Notes: generated by a model not told the origin, from the letters alone. Shown: positions 37,794-50,287, counted from the first letter of the stretch. The stretch: DNA of 64,000 nt from Zygnema circumcarinatum SAG 698-1b (GCA_037447605.1 CM074814.1:992001-1056000); one strand, 5' to 3'. Translations and numbers: made by a program.

Positions 37794-40700
37794 ATGGAGG
37801 ATCGGCAGCTCGCACAGCTTGCGAGTATGCAGATGTGGGGGACTTCGTCTCAACCTTCCTTTGACAGATGCGCAACTCTAAGAGGGAGCCAAGAAATGGG
37901 TCGGGGAGGTTTGAATGGTATGCAAAGTTTTCGAATGCAGGATTTGGTAAACGCTGGGTCAGGCTTCCATTTGGAGCCGCATGAGAGGATACCGAGTTTG
38001 CAGGAAGCGGTCGAGGGGCTGAGGGAGGCTCTCGCTTTAGCGCCCGAGAGAAGGGAGGTGGACCCCGCGCAGGGAGTGGCGAAGGGGACATGGCTTCCAG
38101 AGGAGGACAAAATATTAGTGGCGTATGTGGCGCATCATGGGCCTAAGAATTGGAACAGTCTGCAGGCGAAGGGCCTCTTGAAGAGGAATGGGAAGAGCTG
38201 CAGGCTGAGATGGGTGAATCAGCTCAAGCCCGGTCTCATGGTGAGCTCCCCGTTTTTACAAGAGGCGCAAGGAATGTGAATTCGGCATCGTGCGAAATTT
38301 GGTCACTTGTTTGGACTTGCAGCATCGCTTATAACTAGTGGATTAGTGTCTGCAGCTTCATTGCCATGTTTTGTGAGCATGTGATGACCAATTTTCTCTG
38401 TTTTTCAGTTTGATAAGTTTCAGTGTCGCCATAATGAACAATGTAGTAGTCCCAGAAGTAGTCTCAATTGTTGTTTGGCACGTGGATTTCGCAGCGAAAC
38501 ATGCATGGGAAAGGATGCAAGCGATTCACCGAATCAGAGGAGCGGCTAGTGATCCAGTTGCAGGTAAGCTGCACGCATTGTTCAAATCTCACTTTCAATT
38601 AGAGTTGCTATTCATCGACAACTCTGTATGCCGTTTGTCACTGTCAAAGATTAAAAAACAGCAGCAAGATCTCGTGCCCAGCAAAGGGCAGTTCCCCTTC
38701 CCACATCATGCTCACAAGCTCTCTCTACGGTGTACAGAAAACGATGGGCAACCGATGGGCGCAAATTTCCAAGTTCCTCCCTGGTCGCACCGACAACGAC
38801 GTGAAGAACTTTTGGAACCTTCACATAAAGCGCTTGGAGCGGGTGAAGGGCAGCCATCAGTCCAAGGAGGCGGCCGCCTCCAGTAAGGAGAGGCGGCAAC
38901 CTCAGGAGACTATCCAGAGGGAAAGCTTCGACCAGAAGCCAAAAAACTTAGCACTCGACAGGGAGGGTCAGAGTCACAAGTCTGCTGACGCAGCATCAGC
39001 AGGTGCAGATGTGCTCCATGGTCTTGCTTTCTTCCTATGCTCGGGCGCGAATTGAGTGAAAACATTGCTTTGTTTAGAGTAGATTTGCGATCATCGCATT
39101 TGGCTGAAGATGCGATACGTGTATTGGCGTCTGCAGATGGAGGGGGTTCTAGCCAGCCTGGGAATGAGTCGTCTTCCCTGCAGCCCTCATCAAAGGAGAG
39201 CAGTGAAAGTCAGAAGATCGATGCAGACGGGAAGCAGCTGCCTTTGCAGGAGAGGAGAAGGGTGAGGAACTTAAAGCTGGGCCAAGACTCAGCGGGCATT
39301 GCTCAAGCGCTGGCCTGCAACGCAAGCTCGCTCACTGGTCTCTCAATAGGTGAGCAACAGAATGCCCCTCTCGTAGATAAGGCTACATGCATTCTCTATC
39401 ATCACAGACACGAATATGTGCTCTCCCGAGAGGTGAATCCGAGTGTGGAAACTGTGTTCCATGGGCGAATGTATAGACTGTTTAGTTTACAATTGAAATA
39501 TTCAAATCATCGGGTTATCAGCTCTCCTACATCTCGTCACACGGCATTATTGTTGGCAAGGAAGCCATGAGGCAGAAGTGAGCCGAAGTGGCTCTCCCTA
39601 AACTCATCTCATTATGAAGGCCTGCCGCTACTGAATAGTTACATGAGTTTATTGCCTTTTCCCGAACCGATGTGACACAAACTAACGTGTTCACCATGTT
39701 GCCTCGGCAGACTGTCCGACTTCTTCTGAGCCACCTGACGGCAAAGACGGCCATGAAATAGAAAAGTGGCTGAGGACGCCGCGGTCGCCATGGTTTGCAC
39801 GAGCTTCACCAACCGTCAAATCATCTCCAATGAACATCTCCCCTCACCCCCTCCGTAGTAGCCCCAAAGGCAACTCACTATGGGAATTCCTCAGCCCAAA
39901 GCGCTTATCTCCCCGAATTCTGTTCGGTAGTTTCAAACCTCCCTCTCAAACCAGCTCACCGGGTCGCCTTGCATCCGGCACTAGTCATTCTCCATCTGCC
40001 AGCAGTTCTAACCTTGATGCAGTCCAACCTAAGAATGCAAAGAACGAAGTCTCCGGCATGGAAGGCTATGGGTCCTCCTTCAGTGATATGGCATCAGGTT
40101 CATCGGGCTCTTCTCAGCTCTCTAAAGGGGGCGGAGTTTCCCGAGATACTGCAACTGTAGCTTTACCACCCACCTTCCAAATGTTTCCTGAGGGGCAATC
40201 TCAGAAGGGTTGTTTAAAGAGTGCTTCATGGAGCGGTGTTCGAGTGAAGAGAGAGCCGACAGTGGATAATGAGAGCAGCAATCCTCAGAATCTGACATTG
40301 AACAAAAGCTCAGTGCCACCAAAGAGCCCCCTGAAAGATTCGGGACAGGGTCAAGCAGTTCGGCCAATCACAATGCTAGGCAGCAAACTAAGAAACTCGA
40401 GTTCTTTCGGTCGGAGGGGGCCGGATGCAGGAATAACACCATTGCAGGTTCCATATCCGAGAGAGCTAAAGAGGAACAGCACATTTCCTAGAAGTGCTGT
40501 CCAGGTGCAGGAGGAGACGAAAGTGGAGGAGATGATGATTGCCAGTCCATGGCGGCAGATGGCAGAGGACGATGAGCTGCTGGCAGAGCTTCCCACTCCC
40601 AAGCCGGACTGGGATACCTTATCGTTGTTGGATCCCATAGTGAATCTTGAGCAGGAAAGTCGCCTGCTCTCTATTTATGAAGCAAATGCAGCTCCAAGCA

Positions 40701-41644
40701 CAAGCATTTCGGCAGACAGCAACGAAATCCGGCCGGGAGTTTCGCGATCGGAGATTAAAGGAGGTGACCTTGGAGGGGTCCCATCGGGTAGCCAGTTGAG
40801 TAGTGTAGAGCAAGGAAATGGATGCAGAACAGAGGAGGATAAGATCAGCCGGAAAGGTGGGGAACAAAACAACGTTGGGGGGGTAGCCGCAAGCAAAAAC
40901 TCGCTCGACCTGGTTTCCGCCAGCCTTCAGAGAATTGCTTCTTCATCATCACAGGGAAGCAATCTTGGTATAGATGGCGTGAGTATGCGTGCAGGAACAG
41001 GTTTTTCAGGATATAGCAAGGAAGGAAACGGCACTAGTATCCAAGATCTGGAAGAGGCCATGGGTAAGGAAGATCATTTGGCAGCCATGCAGACTAGCTG
41101 GCAAGTCAAAGAACTTCTACAGTGCCTCTTAAACTCGGGGAACAGAAGTCAGCTTTTGGCAACTGTGCAGTCGAACGACCACCCTCAGATGACAGCCTTC
41201 AATTCAGCAACCCTGCAACAGAATCTGCAAAACTCAAATTCCGTAACTGAACAACAGCCCTCCAATCAGCTGCAGTTACCGCAACCTTCACGAGTGACCC
41301 AGGGAGGGGCTCCTTCTCACCCCCAGAATGGCATGCAAAACCAAATGTCAGTTCCTCACATAGCTTTAGGAGGAAGCCTTCAAGCAAACAGTCACAGTCA
41401 GGAGTATAGAAGAGATGCCCTGCAGCAGCAGCAGCAGCAGCAGCAGCAGGCTGTACAAAGGCAGTGGAGAGAGCAGCAGGGTGAGAAGAAGCATGCTGCC
41501 CTTCAGCGGGTCCAACAAAGGCAGTTCCCTCCCGCCCCGAGTCTGTTTTCGGGCGTAGTGGGCTTCCCCACACTGCCTCTCCCCCGCCCGCGACCGCTGC
41601 CGCCGCTCGAGTATCACTGGGGGGGTGGGAGGAAGTCGTTTTAG
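37794..41644 (+). CDS. R2R3-MYB transcription factor, DUO1-like (subgroup 18), about 975 aa with a long low-complexity C-terminus
   Basis: Exons 37794-38240, 38495-38563, 38738-39002, 39137-39349 and 39711-41644 sum in frame. R2: [12 protein letters not shown]...[32 protein letters not shown]3: EEERLV-type helix ([12 protein letters not shown]), [24 protein letters not shown]. Poly-Q from (CAG)9 at 41423-41449. Confidence 0.85.
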
Positions 41645-42811
41645 CAGCAGCAAGTAAATAAAGGAGTCTCTCTGCAATACTGAGAGGAGGGATTCAGCAT
41701 AAGAAAGGCGCTGGGGTGGAAGGTATCTGGAACAGACAAGGAGAAGGGTAGCAAAGGCTGGTGTGGGGGAGGGTAAGAATGATCGCTACGTTTAGTGGCA
41801 GATGCCAGTAAACTGTCTGTCTTTAAGATAAAATAACGCATAGTTTGAATTCCACTAGGAAGGAGGGGTGTGAGAGGGAAAGGGGCGATTTGTTGAAAGT
41901 GCTCCGGTCCTTTTGTTATCTCTTTCTTTTGTCGCAGGTCAAGTCAGGCCAGTGCAGGTCAGGTTTCTTATTCGACTCTGATGTATCCTCACATCCCTCC
42001 GCCAAATTATACATAACGTAGACGTGGCAAGCTGGACGTGTTTGTACATCAGCAGCACCTGAAGAGAAATCCTACCATGTCTGTCACAGCCTCAGAATGT
42101 AAAAGAGAAACCAGGGTTGTTGCTGGAAACTACTGTGATGGTTAACCTAATCCTGCACGAGAAGCTCTTGGCATAAAATGATGAATGTTCATGAAAGCAG
42201 AAGGAAATGGCATTGATCTCGAAGCAGGTTTTGGTCGGCCACCACATTCTGTGGACAGACGAGCCTTCCTTCAGCATTGGAAACTCCGCTCATGGAGAAT
42301 TCACTATTCATGCAATTTCTCAGAGCTGAAACGTATCAAATGCACTCACTACTCGCCCTTCGCGCCTCTCTTGTTCGTCAGTTGCCCTAAAACTTCGATA
42401 GTTGCCGCATGCAAGGACTTCACACGTTTCGGGCATTCTTTCTCTTCTGCCTCCCAGATTTGCCTAAAACACTCACAATACGCACCTCCCTCTCATTTTT
42501 TTAAAAGCATTTGCTTTAATCCGGGAGCATCGAGCAGCGTAAACAGGGTATGTCTGTGGAAGTATAGCAGGCAGCATCGACTGGCAGTCATCAAGCAGCC
42601 AGCAGACCATATCCGAGGATCCGTTACAGCATCATACAAACGTCCTTTGGCGCTCCCTCACAATAGCCTCCCCTACCCTCTCCCTCGCGTTCCTTCCCTC
42701 GTCCTCTCGCGTCTCTCCCGTCACTCTCCACTCTCTTTTCCTCTCGCTTGTCCGCTCTCTCATGGCCTTGGCCCCCCCTCCCGTTGCGCCCTCTCTCCTC
42801 TCTCAGCCATC

Positions 42812-43963
42812 ATGAGTCGCTGGCGTCTCTTCAGAAGGGCCCCCGAGGTAGAGGAGTCCCTGCAGCTGAGTCGCGGCCTGTTTGAGAAGATAGAGAACTA
42901 CCTGCGCCCTCCCTCCATTCTCCGCCTTCTGCTCGTCAATGCTGCCGGTTTCTACTGTGGAATTACTGCCGCTGCTATTACGGAACAGGTTTACAAGGTG
43001 AGAGGAAGGAAGTGCGAAGTCAATTGGAACATGCGAAAATTAAATTGGCTTGCGGTGGCATTTAGCAAGAGGCATTGTTCTTTTCTTGTTTAAGTTCTGG
43101 AGTTTTCGGTCTTGGAGTCGGGAATCTTCAAGCTTCTTGCCAACTGTGAAAGAAACAAATGATGTTAAAGCAGGGAGCCTGAGGAAATTCTGCTGTCAAA
43201 ATCCCTTCGTCCTTTAGAGCGGTACAATGACAATGTGCAGACAACTGGAAAAACAAAATTCTTTCTGCAGTCTAGGTCTGTGTTTCTTCTACGAACGCGA
43301 TTATCCTGTTGAAAGGCTGACGTTTCGGGTTTAAAATGCTGCCGCTGTCTCGACACATTGCGGAAGCAGCAGAAAAGTGCTTATTCTGCCATTAAAATTG
43401 ATGAACAGTAAAGTGCCCGAATAAACATACGACACATTTGTTTGTCACATGTCACTAAAAACCCTGAAAACCCTGAAAACCCTAAAAGCCATTTATTGCG
43501 ATATCACCATATGTTAAGATCGTTTTTCTCGCCATTTCCTCTCTGAAAGAATCGAATGCTGCCTCAGCTGGAACCCTATTTACGATTTTGACAGTCGAGT
43601 TACAGCAGTATGGCTTGCTTTAGTCGAGCTGGTGTTGTTTGTTGAACTTGTTGAGCTTCAGCATTCTCTCGTTAGTTTTGAGAGAGTTCCGCCTTATTGT
43701 CAGTAGATGCTCGCAACTTGACCTTTTCTGTGGCCTGCTGATTGCTGATCTGTTGATTTTGCTTTGTGAAATGGGAGGGAGATCGATTCGATGATCTGGT
43801 TGGCTAATTGATGTTTGTTACCTTTATGATACATGCTGGAATGCAGGAGAACTATTGGGAGGAGCATCCAGGTGAGGCAGTCCCAACCATGCGATCATGG
43901 GTATATCGAGGAACGTACCGTGTTCGACGAGAAGACTTTGCAGAAGGGGAGAGTAGTTCTTAA
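42812..43963 (+). CDS. Small conserved plant membrane protein, EMB2735 (At5g06240)-like, 100 aa
   Basis: Exons 42812-42997 and 43847-43963: MSRWRLF...LLLVNAAGFYCGITAAAITEQVYK|ENYWEEHPGEAVPTMRSWVYRGTYRV. The YWEEHPG motif is recalled from this family. Confidence 0.7.
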
Positions 43964-44205
43964 TGTCTTTAGCATTTGAAGAAGGCACCGGGGCAATGGG
44001 GGGAAGCTCAAGAGCACACGAGCAGAGCACGCGGAGCTGATCAAACGGTAGCTTGTTTGGCATCATGTACCCACAGTGCTTCTGGAAGAGATGAAAATTG
44101 TAAACGAAAAACCTGTATCTCTTCAACAGGATTCACTTTGTATCTGTCGCTGGGGGGAACAACCGCATTCTTTGCTGCAAAACCTTTGAACCTTTGCAAG
44201 TAACT

Positions 44206-47200
44206 ATGGAGATTAGAGGTTCATACCTGTCGTTTGCCCTTCAGAAGGGCAAGACTACAGCTCCCCACTTTCTCTTGCCTCCATGGAGCGGAAGAAGACC
44301 TTGCCAAATGCCAGCCTCTTCAGCCTTTACCAATATCAATGGCCCTTCATGTGCAGTCCTTCATGCCCAGCAGCCCCATTGGCTGTTCGTCTCATCACTA
44401 AGAGATGTTGAACCACCTTCCCATTTGTCAAGTTTGGAGAAAGCCAAGTCTCTCTCACCTAGGCTTTTTTCTAGCAAGTCAGCCCATGGCACGTCTGTTC
44501 GTCAACAAGCAAGTCGTCTAGCGGCATGCGAACTTGTGCTGGCAGATGTAGTATCTACCGCTGCCCAAGAAGCAGCAGCAAGGCCTCTGAAGGGCTCAAA
44601 TTCAGCCAAGATTTTCGAAATCAGAGAAACCTTGGTTCATGTTAGGAATGGAATAAGCCAAGAGGATAAGCAAATTGTACTCCCACCGACCTTGCGACCT
44701 CAAGAACGACGGTACGCCCATGAGTTGGCGGAGCGCTTGGGACTCGCACATGTCAGGTGGGTATAGCTTTCTGTAACACAGATTTGGAGGTGGAATGATA
44801 AAATTTTGAATCGTTAAATCTGAAAGTCTGAGACTGTAGAGGGACCAAACTTCTCAAATCCTGCCTCCAAGATGGAGGTCTTGTTGAATGAGCTAAAACG
44901 CGTCCTAGAGTATGACTTGAAACAAATGCTCTGATCGAGTTTGTGGCACCGGTGCATTGATAACTTTCTCAATACGTTTGCAGTATAGGAGAAGGAACCA
45001 ATCGCCAGTTTACAGCACGCCGCCTGCCAATGGCTGAACGTCTGAAGCGGATGCGGGAGGTAAGGGTTTGTCAGGTGGTAGCTGCTCCTAAGCGTGACTG
45101 CCAACTGCGTACGTGTCTTTCGGTGTCTGAGAGTCATCACCTCTCTAAGAAAACTAGTTGAAAATGTGGTCAACCTCTTTCAACTATGTGCTATTCCTGT
45201 TGACTAGATGACATTACTGCAAAGTCACAGGCGACCGTAGGGAGCGCAGGTTTCTTTAGGTAGTGTACAATGGAACTGGGAAGAATCCTTCAGCTACGCT
45301 TAGTTGAATTTGCCGAGACTGAGAATGCAGAAACTCATTGACTGCAAGCAGTGTATGCGTCGAGTATATTTGAACTTGATTGGAGTAAAAGTTACTGATC
45401 ATCTATCAGTTAATGCATTGCTTGGTCAAATGAAGGTGAACTGAAAATTCAGATGTATTGTTGCTGGGCTGTAAACCAATGGGACCCATAGCTGCTGGAT
45501 GCTGAAGAGATGGCTTCCCGAGAGCAGCTCGCAGCGAGGAGTGAAGGCGAGCAGTCATGGCGGACCCTTGAAGAGCAGGGACTGCTCTTGTATCGGGCAG
45601 TGCGGGTGGAGGCAGAAGCAGCAGCATTCGGTCGTGAAAGGTAATGAATTTCCTTTCTTGTGGGATGCAATACTTACTTGGGTGCATTTCTACGTCTTCA
45701 CAATTCATCAAAGCCCAAGTTCGACCGCTAATTTCCATGTGGGTGCGTGCACCTTTAGTTGATTGTTCGTGCTTCTGCCGACTATGGCTGATCTCGAAGA
45801 AGCCGACTTTGGCTTCAAGTTCATGTTCAGATGGGTCCTTGGAGATGGAGTTGGAGAGGAACGGGCCGGCCACGTGGCACGTTTTGCGCAAAGGGCGAGG
45901 CCAGGTGCCGCAGTTCGATTGGCGCAGAGGGATGGTAGTGGCACGTGGGTGGTAGCAGATAAGGAGCCCCCAGGAAGAGTTGGATGGGCTCGTGGACGAA
46001 AGCTCTGCGTTATTTTCGATTATCCTCCTGGCGATGCAGAGGACAGCAATTACGGGAGAGGGGGAGGAGGTGAAGCAGCAGCAGTAGATCTCATGCTTGT
46101 GCCGGATTCGCTGACTTTTGATCGTATGAGATCGGCTATTAATGGTGAGGGGGAAACCTAACCTTTTTTTATCTCATTTTCATGTGAATTGAAAGCTCAA
46201 TTCTCCACTTGATCCGACTCTTTCAAAAGGTTATTTCGCTACCTTTGACTCTTTGGTGTTCCTTCTTCACGGCCTGCAAAGGATGCACCATGTGTCACAT
46301 ACATACTCAGAGGAGTCTTTCTGTGTGCTATTACAGCTTGCGAGAGGGCAACCGGAAGCGTAGCTGCAATTCTGCAGGCCCTTCTTGGAGACACCCTGGA
46401 GACTGCCACAATGCAGACACCTTCTGAAGGGCGCAAAGTCCCCACTTCTGACTCCGAAACCATCTTAAAGCAGACTGCAAGAATCTCTCCCACCATAGGG
46501 TCCACTCATCCGCACAAACATTTCAAGTCAGAAGACTCTCTTACATTCCTCGATACGAGATTAAATGCGGAACAGCAAGCCGCTGTACAGCTCTGCTTGT
46601 TGGGCCCCTCTGATGGGCGGGGCTCTGCGGTAGCCGTAGTTCAGGGGCCGTTTGGGACAGGGAAGACGAAAGTGTTGGTGGAGGTAGTGAGGCAGAGAGT
46701 GGCACGCGGAGAGAGAGTGCTTCTCTGCGCCGCCTCCAATATGGCGGTGGATAATTTGGCGGTTGCAGTGCTGGCCCACGAGCCGGATATAGCGCTGGCC
46801 AGAGCAGGACTGCCAGGTTTGTAGCATGCATTACAGGGCATGACTCTTGTCAAGTTATAGTTGAAAAAGGTGGAGAATTAACCGTGTTAGAAGTGAGAGA
46901 ATGGGGAATTTTTTTGTAAGAACATGGCAGAGAGAGATAGGACGCGTGTATAGAAGGTGAATGCGAGTTGAGAAGCCTTAGGCAAAGCGGGAGAGAGGAG
47001 GAAACTATGCCCTTTGAAACTGTCGATTTTTTCGCAACCGAAGGCTTTTTCACGACATTCTTTTTTTCAAGTAAAAACTAAAGAAAAGTTGTCTTGATGT
47101 TCTATGTGAAAGATGATCTCTAGATTTTTAAGGCGTGAGTTGTTCTTTATCTTTTTTGCATAAGGTACTCTACCCGCCCCTCACAGCTCTACCATGTGTT

Positions 47201-49589
47201 CACTGGCAGAGCGCGTGAATGCGGCCCTTGCATCCCACACTATGGAGGCTCTGCAGGAAGCTCAACCAGAGGCAGAACTGGCAGCATCCTTGCGGAAAGC
47301 TGCACACTCAGCCTTAGTAACTGCTGGAAAGTAAGTAGTAAAGAGTACTTTTATTGGACTCCTTAGAAAGTCTTTCCTAAATACCCCAAAAGCTCCTTTC
47401 CTTCTCCCTTCTCTAACTCTATTCCTTTCGTCATCTTTTTGGAGGGCAGGTGGACCCGGGCAGCGGATGGTGCTGAGAGAAGGCGGGCAGCACGGAAGGA
47501 AGCAGGAGCCCTCTTTAAGGACGCAAGAAGACTTGAAAGAGCGGCTGCAACGGCTGTTCTTCAGAATACAAAGGTCCTCTGCGGCACTCTCACTGGTTTT
47601 GCTTCAGCATTACAAGACTCAGCCGTCTCCGGTACACCTGCAATGGAAAACCTTCACCACTTCTTCCACTGTGCAGTGGTGGATGAAGCAAGTCAAGCTC
47701 CCACCCCGGCCCTACTCCTGCTTCTACCATACCTTCTCTCCGCTTCTTCTGAAGAAGGTGCTTCTGCAGTAGGAGAGTCCCCTGTGTTAGTCCTTGCAGG
47801 CGACCATAGGCAGTTGCCTCCCACAGTGCTCGCTGAGGATAGACGAGGGTTTGGGGGAGGTTTAGGGGCGACTCTACTAGAGGAGCTCTTAGAGAGGGAC
47901 GGGGGTGGGCTGGGCTTAGGAGGAGGGTTTATGGGGCTCGATGCAGCTGCGAGAGAGGAGATCAGTGGGGCCATCTTGACTAAGGCAGCTGCTGCTGCAG
48001 CATCATCGTTTCACGTAAGAGGGCCGCACTCAGATCGCAGTATAGAAGAAGGTACAGAAGATGTAGATTGTAGTGGAGAATACAGTGGAGAATACAAAGG
48101 ACCTAGCCTTGGGAGTGGTCGTTATTCCACAGCGTTACGTGTGCAATATCGCATGCCGCCTCCGTTAATGGCGTTTCCTTCCGCAGCGTTCTATGGAGGG
48201 GAGCTCTTTGCCGACCGGTCGACTTGGGAAAGGTTCAGTGACTCCAAAGCTTTTGGGAGTGGGGTCTCTGTCAGGGAGGGAGGGGCCCTCCTGCTGCGGG
48301 AGAGCTGCCTGTTGGAGGTGGTAGACACGGCGGGAGGGGGGCTGGAGGAGGAGACGGGCTTAGGGGGAGGGGGCCGCTCAAGCCGTGCTGCCCTTGCAGC
48401 GGAATCTTTCTCCACTTTCAACTTGGGGCAGGTGAGAGTGGGCCGAACTTCTCTCCTCATATGTGAAGCCTCTTTGTAAGATTTGTAAATCGTGGCCTCT
48501 CAAGCAAACTGAGCACTGACGCTGAGTCGACTTTTTGTCATTGATGGAGGTATTTCATCATTTTTTTGGTAGGGATTGTTACTTCTTGTCTCCGTTTTCT
48601 TTTTCTATCGGGGCATTCGGGCGAGCTCACTCAATAGAACCCTTTCAAGATGTGTTGCAGGCCCAACTATCAGTGAGACTGGTGAGAGAACTCTGCCGGA
48701 TGGATGTGGATGTTTCAGACATAGGAGTAGTGACTCCGTACTCAGCGCAGGTGACGCTCCTTAGGGAGCTTCTTTCAGTGGAAGTGGCTGCAGGCTTGGA
48801 GGTGAACTCCATTGATGGCTTCCAGGTATGACCCGTTAATGAGTACGTGGGTTATGGAGAGACATAGCTGCACATAGGAGGAGAGCTACGCTGCTGTTCG
48901 TGTGATATGTAAGATGAGAATCGTATGTGCAATAATACCTCACTAATTACTCAAATCATTCTGCAAGTACATTCATAGTACACTGTGCTGGGTTTAGAAA
49001 GGCACTACAGCACCTCATGCAGCGCAACATCCCTCGTTGTTATTGGGTTTTAACACACTAAAGCTGTGTCAAGCTCATCGAAAGCTAATCCTCACGTTGC
49101 TCATGTATCCTCTGCAGGGCCGTGAGAAGGCTGTTATTTTGTTGGACTGTGTTCGTAGCAACACCGATGGTTCCGTTGGGTTCCTTTCAGACTACAGAAG
49201 GCTGAATGTTGCTCTCACTCGTGCCCGGAATCGGCTCATTATCGTGGGAGACTCTTCCACCCTTGGGTCGTAAGCTCTCAGGTCCCCAAACTGAAGCAAG
49301 GGAAAGAACTTTCAGTGCTCCCTTTTCATGCAGTTGCAGAACCGTAGACATTTGAAGCAAGGCCCAGAATACGTCGAATGTGAAGAAAGTAAGCCTAGCG
49401 GTATTCGGTCATCAATTAGAGATGCCCAACTTACGAAGGCGTTTGTTGGCACTCGTTTGTAGGGACCCTCTGTGGGCGACATTCTTCGATTGGGCGATGT
49501 CGTACACTAATCCCCCTGAAGCAGAGGGCGGCGAGGGAGGGCCTGCATATCGATCTGTCTTTGAATTGCCTCCGGAAGGAGGATGGTGA
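44206..49589 (+). CDS. Upf1-like SF1 helicase (IGHMBP2/SMUBP-2/Hcs1 type) with N-terminal extension and R3H domain
   Basis: R3H-like [25 protein letters not shown]; Q motif LNAEQQAAV; Walker A GPFGTGKT; [10 protein letters not shown]; DEASQA; [10 protein letters not shown]; QYRM; [11 protein letters not shown]; IDGFQ|GREK; [11 protein letters not shown]. Confidence 0.9.
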
Positions 49590-50079
49590 AGGAGATAGAC
49601 CCTCCTCCATCGTCTGAACTTGCAGGCTGAGGCTTAAGGTTGCAGCAATAGGGCGAGAGGCCTAGGGGGTAGGGCTCTTCGCAGCAGTTCCAAAGGGGTT
49701 TTGACCGATTTTAGGGTTCATCTTTTCTAGACTGTTCCAAAGTATTTCATTGTCATGTACTTGAGGCGAGTCTGTCTCCGTTCGCTCATTATGCTTCGAC
49801 TGCTTCAGTACGATCATCCATCCCCAAATAGGCCCCTTTCTCTCTCTCTTTCTCTCTCTCTCTCAAGAACTTCCCAGGGAAAAAATTTGACAGGCTTAAG
49901 TCGTAGAGAAAATTTGAACCTCTCTCTCTCTCTGGGCAGGTTTCCTCGTGGTTTCTACCATCGCCTCGCAGTTTCGCATTTCATAGGGGTGGTTCGTGCA
50001 CGTGTGAACAGTTTCAAAAAAACTCGCAGTTTCCTTCACACGTGTGAACACGCGCATACTTTATCCGACAGCCATTATA

Positions 50080-50287
50080 GTACGGGCATTCGTACAAAAA
50101 ACCGTACTGTAGTATCCTGAAATTTCGTACAGTACATGTGTCCGTACGCCCCCCGCCAGCTTGCCGACCGTCTCGGGCCCTTTTTCTCCCTCTGGTCGAG
50201 CGTCCTCCAAAAAGGAACCGCCACGTAGACAAAATTGTACACGTGGTGGTTGGTGATTGGCGAATATCGACTATACGGGTACAGTAC
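50080..50287. promoter_or_regulatory. Dense GTAC cluster plus G-box upstream of the CA1P phosphatase gene
   Basis: 9 GTAC cores in 208 bp (6 within 50080-50147); CACGTG at 50240-50245. Confidence 0.5.

Noticed and set aside
40584-40603. ELP-encoding stretch resembling the GAMYB/DUO1 miR159/319 site
   Set aside because: Alignment to the canonical site needs a 3-nt gap; the peptide is ELPTPK, not ELPSLQ.
42185-42811. Upstream 209 codons of the 302-aa ORF
   Set aside because: No similarity to anything recognised; includes a CT-rich leader. The conserved protein starts at ATG 42812.
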